A DNA stretch of 64,000 nt from Octopus sinensis (lineage: Eukaryota), in contig NC_043020.1 of the NCBI RefSeq assembly GCF_006345805.1, forward strand, positions 20,584,001 through 20,648,000, written 5' to 3'. A program made the translations under genes and the position numbers. Under the pieces are notes generated by a model, which saw only the letters and a list, made by a program, of their open reading frames with translations, did no database searches and had not been told where the DNA came from. The first letter of the stretch is position 1; each line of letters begins with the position of its first letter. This document shows, one piece after another, positions 62,007-64,000 of this stretch.

Positions 62007-62132
62007 CAGAGGGTCCCTAGTTCTTCATCAGTTATCAACCAAAATGGTAATGCTCAGTTTTGCATCATTAATGATGCAAAACTGAGCATTACCATTTTAG
62101 TTGATAACTGATGAAGAATTAGGGACCCTCTG
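62007..62132. repeat. 126-bp loopless palindrome (61/63 arm identity)
   Basis: Left arm CAGAGGGTCCCTAG...TTTTGCATCATT (62007-62069) is the reverse complement of 62070-62132 with two mismatches. Confidence 0.95.
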
Positions 62133-62233
62133 CATCTTATGCCTATACATTTTTATCTATCACTTATTTACAATGCATTTTTCATCTATTAAGTAATGGA
62201 ACATAACACACACCTGGCATTTATTAACAGTAA

Positions 62234-62270
<37 letters not shown>

Positions 62271-64000
62271 TAAGTGTAATGGGAAGAAAATAAAATTGAA
62301 AACATAGACAAATTCTAAGGATTCTTTACACTTAAGTAAACATTATTGCATGCAAGTAATTCTAAATAATATCTCGTGGTTGTAGAATTATCGATACTTC
62401 AATAACTTATACATATAAAACAAAAATGATTCATTTTTATATCATACTCCTTATTCTTAAATAAGCAGGGTAAAAAAAGCAAGGGAAAAGTTCTTTTTCT
62501 TCTGCATACTGATAACATAGGTATTAAAGGATTAAAGTATAAAATTGTAGAGTACAGTGTAACCTAGTAGTAGAAGACAGTATCTCTGAAAGTCTTCCGT
62601 TGTACTATAGAATCAACATGCAACTAACTAGTTTTCTCATCTTTTCTTTTTTACCTGGATTATGAAATAATGCTGTAATATTTGTTGTCTTTACAGATCA
62701 CTGAACAATAAATTTCAACATAACATGTTATGAGACTTCTATAATTTCAGCAACCTTATAGCCATGATACAGCAAAAATACACTGGAGTAGGAATACTTG
62801 AAGTTGTTGAAAAGGTGAAGACATTGTAAAAGTGATTTGTTGCACAAATGCTAAAACTGACAACAGGGAGTTGCTACTGGAGACTGGTTATGTAAACAAT
62901 CAATGAGAAAAGAAAAAATATCCATGAGAATAGCAGAAAGCAATTAAGATTATAATTAAGACATTAATCAATAAACCTATGGTATAGAAATAACCAATCA
63001 AACTGTCAGTATACCAAAGTTGATTATGGATCAAAGTCTATTATCAGGTCAGCATTCAATGTCTGTATAGGGAATGTTGTCTTAGATTTAAGGACTGAAA
63101 TGCATTATTCATTTACTACAGAGAGTAGTAATTCAGTTTTTAAGTATTGCAGAGTGGGGTGTTGCTTACTATATTAGAAGGTTGAGCTCTAGATAAGTGA
63201 GAGAATATTTCATGCAGAAAGACTGATCCAAGAGACTTCTGAAATCTTTTCTAAACTGGCTTGAGAGGTGGTTCCTCAACCACAATGAAGACATTCTAAC
63301 TAGGAAAGCAGTAACTGAATGTAATTCTGCATAAGGGAGATATGAACTCTACAAGCTGTAAAAAAGGCAACCCATCCAGAAGAGCAGTAACTCTAAATAA
63401 AATATGATACTGTGTAGAGGGGAAATTTTAATGCTGGCAGACAACCTCTCTAGTACTGGTAGTACTATAAGATACATCCAATTCCAAGCTGGCTGTTAAA
63501 TGGCTAGTAACAGGAAAGGTATCCGGCCAACAACACCACTCCAAAATGATAAGTTATAACAAATACAATGAGAAAGAAACCATAACAGGACTAACACTAT
63601 ATTAGTGTTGTGCATGGTAGTAGTATGGTCACATAGGAGTATCTAACATGAATGAATGGTAACATGCAAGAAAGGAATACTTCATTAGGAAACAGGAAAA
63701 CAGCTTGTAAATATTTTTTTCCCAGTGAAGAATTTGCTACTCAATACAGATGAGTGATATCAGGGTAATAGGTAGGACTTTATGACGTAAGACAACCTAG
63801 AGAAGGAATAGAAGTTTAAATGTCCCCAGCTAGATGTAGGGTTAAAGAAATATTAACTGACAAGTATCACAGGAAATGAGAGGAAACAGAGACTTATGGA
63901 GGATAACTATAAATTTTTACTTGCTGCACTCCACAGACCACATGTATGGATGGAGCAAGATTCTAACAGACAGATGATGACTTGGTGGTGGAATAGTTAA

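Noticed and set aside
63330-64000. Possible RTE 5' or endonuclease remnants at the window end
   Set aside because: Only a faint FPSEE-like motif; too decayed to support a call.

Overview
AT-rich, repeat-dense eukaryotic DNA, probably intronic or intergenic. It is most likely from an octopus (coleoid cephalopod), judged from my recollection of the SINE and RTE families, not from a search. I found no confidently identifiable host gene, rRNA, tRNA gene or CRISPR array. Most short ORFs in the track are microsatellite or antisense artefacts. The window is a mosaic of decayed transposons: two tRNA-derived SINE families with many copies, RTE LINEs (one about 3.1 kb), a Jockey/L2-like LINE, two R4/Dong-like elements in (TAA)n tracts, and two L1/Tx1-like pieces with (TCTA)n tails. 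It also holds three Penelope-like elements (PLEs), four mariners, a DD37D-type Tc1/mariner, a Tigger-like MITE, piggyBac-like MITE fragments and three non-autonomous Helitron-like elements. The most notable observations: a PLE whose GIY-YIG motif pair is separated by an in-frame insertion of about 120 low-complexity residues, with a hammerhead ribozyme fold at its 3' end; a PLE endonuclease split by an inversion at an 8-nt microhomology; a 126-bp loopless palindrome and other perfect hairpins; microsatellite-associated retroelements; and a few phase-compatible candidate exons on the minus strand. All translations and alignments were done by eye, and boundaries of degenerate repeats are approximate.
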